Below are positions 62,890-64,000 of a stretch of DNA of 64,000 nucleotides, piece by piece. Location of the stretch: contig MU054187.1 in assembly GCA_013239625.1 (NCBI GenBank), forward strand, positions 4,165,757 through 4,229,756, written 5' to 3'. Under the pieces are notes generated by a model that did no database searches, was not told where the DNA came from, and saw only the letters and a program-made list of their open reading frames with translations. The translations under genes were made by a program, and so were the position numbers. This stretch comes from Lama guanicoe. Lineage: Eukaryota. Every line of letters starts with the position of its first letter. Position 1 is the stretch's first letter.

Positions 62890-64000
62890 AGAGAAGGAAG
62901 TGGCCAAGATGGTAGAGTAAGAAGAGCCTCAGCTCGCTCCTCCCTTGGGCACACTAAACGTACCACTATTTACAGGTCAACTGTTGTTGAGAGAGACTGA
63001 AATCCATCAGAAAACATGGGTTTTAAAGGTATATCTTTGTATCTTCCACAACTAAAGATACAAAGGAGAAATCACAAGATGAATAGGAGGGGAGGGATAT
63101 GGTATATTCAAGACTCATAACCTAGGGTTGACAACAACAAACAGGAGGCTAATTACAACTGCAGAGTTTCTCTCCAAGGAGCAAGGTCTCCAGACCCCAC
63201 ACAGGGCTCATCAGACCGGTCTTCCTGCATGAGGACAAGGAGCCCCCAAAACATCTGGCTTTGGAGGCCAGCAGGGCTTACTTTCAGGAGAGCCAGAGGA
63301 CTGTGGGAAATAGAGATTCTGCTCTTATTGTAAAGGATGCACACAAAATTTCACATGCCCAAAGACCAGGACAGAAGCAGTAATTTGAAGGAGGCCTGGG
63401 TCACAACCACCTGCCGATCTTAGAGAGTCTCCCGCAGAGGCAGGAGGCAACCGAGACTCACCCTCGGGACACTGACACTGGTGGCGGGAGAGCATCTCAC
63501 CCAGGCGGCAGTGGTCTGGCAAGTACAATTTTGGAGCCGTCCTTCCAGCTTGTTAGCGCAGGACCTGGGCCCAGCCACCAGTCAGTCTACAGCAGTCTTG
63601 GGATGCCCCAGGACACGCATCTACTGGGAGGGGACACAACCCCACCCACCAGCAATCTGGCTGTCATAAGATTTCCTGAGCCTCCAGCCACACTGGGACC
63701 TGGCCCTGCCCACCACTGGGTCAACACTGGAACTGGCCTCAACCACTGAGCCGCAGGCACCAGCTGCAGGACCACTTGAGCCCCAGCCCTGCCCACAGGC
63801 AGGCTGAAAGCTCTGGGACCCCCCAAATCTGGGTCCACCCACCAGCAAGTGGAAAATAACTCTGGGACCCTGGGCCTCACAGCCAGCCACCTGGGACCCA
63901 CCTCCACTCACCAGACTCCCAGACTCCCTGGGGCTCCACAGCCAACCACCCCATGACCTGGCCCTGTCCACCAAGAGACCAGAACCAGGACCTTGATTTC
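62890..64000 (+). mobile_element. L1 5' UTR (artiodactyl type), 5'-intact, runs off the window
   Basis: YY1-like CAAGATGG at 62905-62912 near the start; CCACAACTAAAGATA, AACATCTGGCTTTG.AGGCCAGCAGGGCTT and GAAGCAGTAATTTGAA motifs; repeated GCCCTGCCCACCA/CTGGGACC units from ~63560. Confidence 0.85.

Noticed and set aside
63560..64000. Interspaced repeats as a CRISPR-like array
   Set aside because: The units are degenerate and lie inside an L1 5' UTR in a mammalian genome, with no cas genes.

Overview
This is mammalian genomic DNA, most likely from a camelid. The inference rests on a tRNA-Ala(AGC)-derived Vic-1-like SINE at ~42.5 kb and on artiodactyl-type L1 and ERV1 LTR sequences. I can support no intact protein-coding gene, RNA gene, CRISPR array or prokaryote-type system. 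The only ORFs with recognisable protein similarity are decayed L1 ORF2 fragments. The window looks intergenic or intronic and carries many transposon relics: L1 of several ages, L2, L3/CR1, MIR, ERV1/ERVL/MaLR solo LTRs, hAT MITEs and a Tigger1 end. It also has microsatellites and two small CpG-rich islands (~2.1-2.3 kb; ~25.7-26.3 kb). Best leads: (i) a complete candidate minus-strand two-exon non-coding transcript, built from a CpG island, a strong donor, and an acceptor plus poly(A) signal supplied by an LTR; (ii) patches where old repeats appear to have gained G/C and CpG, consistent with GC-biased gene conversion; (iii) internal L1 fragments lacking 3' ends; (iv) a 5'-intact L1 running off the right edge. 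Repeat family names come from recalled consensus sequences, not a database search, and boundaries of old repeats are approximate. I found no convincing evidence of a novel biological system.
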